64,000 nucleotides of DNA from Octopus vulgaris (Eukaryota), in NCBI GenBank assembly GCA_951406725.2, contig OX597818.1, positions 144,398,001-144,462,000 on the forward strand. The letters are read 5' to 3'. The notes under the pieces were generated by a model that was not told where the DNA came from, did not search any database, and was given only the letters and a program-made list of their open reading frames with translations. The translations under genes and the position numbers were made by a program. This document shows, piece by piece, positions 63,145 to 64,000 of this stretch (position 1 is its first letter; every line of letters begins with the position of its first letter).

Positions 63145-64000
63145 TTTGGTTGTAAATCCTTCTTTAATTTAGGATGCCTGAGTTCGTAGATGTTGAGTTG
63201 TAGGGCACGTTGAAAGCATATGTCAATTAGTGAAGGTGGGTAGTTCCTGGTGATGAGCGTATCCTTTAGTTCATGTAATCCTGGGTCCCTGGTGCTTGCA
63301 TTAGAAACTATAGTACATATCCTTTTTGCTAGGTTGAAGGGTATATTCATTCTGGTGTGTCTGGGGTGGCATGAGTTGAATGGCAGATATTGCTTGGAGT
63401 CCGTGGGTTTATAGTATATACCTGTTTCTATTACGTTGTTAGATTTCTTGATGAGGATGTCAAGGAAGGGAAGTTATTGATGGCTATATTCCATTGTGAA
63501 TTGAATGTTTACATCAAGTCCATTTATAAGCGCTTGAAATTCTTTAAGTCTCTATATTTTCATGCCAAAGAATAAAACAGTCATCCAGGTATCTCTTCCA
63601 GTTATTTTCTATGTAGAGGGAGAATGGGCTACCCTATTTTTCTGGAACCTTATGATAAAGACTAATTTCTAGATATCCCACGACTAGGTTAGCAAATGAG
63701 GGGGCCATTCTTGTACCCATTGCAGTCTCCGATTTTTGTCGGTAGAAGTTGTCTTTGAAGACAAAGTAGTTATTCTCCAAGATAAATTTTAACCCTTCTA
63801 TCACAAATTCTTTTTTGATGCGATGTGGGAGTTCATTGGTGTAATTCTTTAACCAGAATTGAATTGCCTCTATTCCTAGGTTGTAGGGGATATTGGAATA
63901 CAGGTTGACTACATCGAAGGGTACTAGTAGGGTGATTTTGTTTATTGTTTCAGGAAGGTGATTGAGCATATCCAGGTCATCCCTTATGTAGCTTTTGACA
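63145..64000 (-). mobile_element. Penelope-like retroelement reverse transcriptase (frameshifted; continues beyond the window)
   Basis: FDVVNLYSNIP, YRQKSETAMGTRMAPSFANL, WKRYLDDCF, LPFLDILI, YYKPTDSKQYLPFNSCHP, ITRNYP. Confidence 0.92.

Overview
This is AT-rich, microsatellite- and transposon-dense animal DNA. The SINE, RTE and Penelope repertoire looks like octopus or another cephalopod; that assignment is inferred, not searched. The left half holds one intron-rich minus-strand gene, a POLDIP3/SKAR orthologue. It starts at ATG 34967 (MADLSLDDYIKK), has four DAR motifs and a C-terminal RRM, and I could splice seven GT-AG exons in frame (34967-34912, 28363-27868, 27352-27293, 15063-14896, 12675-12232, 9708-9613, 794-665); its 3' end probably lies left of the window. 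The introns and the ~29 kb upstream are filled with mobile DNA: mariner/Tc1, hAT (Buster), Chapaev3-like, piggyBac-type MITEs, Helitron-like elements, a Gypsy LTR-gag-protease remnant, RTE, CR1-like, RLE-type and Penelope retroelements, and several tRNA-derived SINEs. There is also a decayed 28S rRNA fragment. The most striking observation is a pair of divergent, covarying RNA motifs at 47486-47564 (+) and 47924-47999 (-). The minus copy carries every hammerhead-ribozyme core element (the plus copy has two CpG-type lesions), but the three strands are in a non-circularly permuted (pseudoknotted) order. Other minimal hammerhead-like motifs lie at 50542-50648 and in a 281-bp palindrome at 61100-61380. 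Boundaries of degenerate repeats are approximate and were read by eye.
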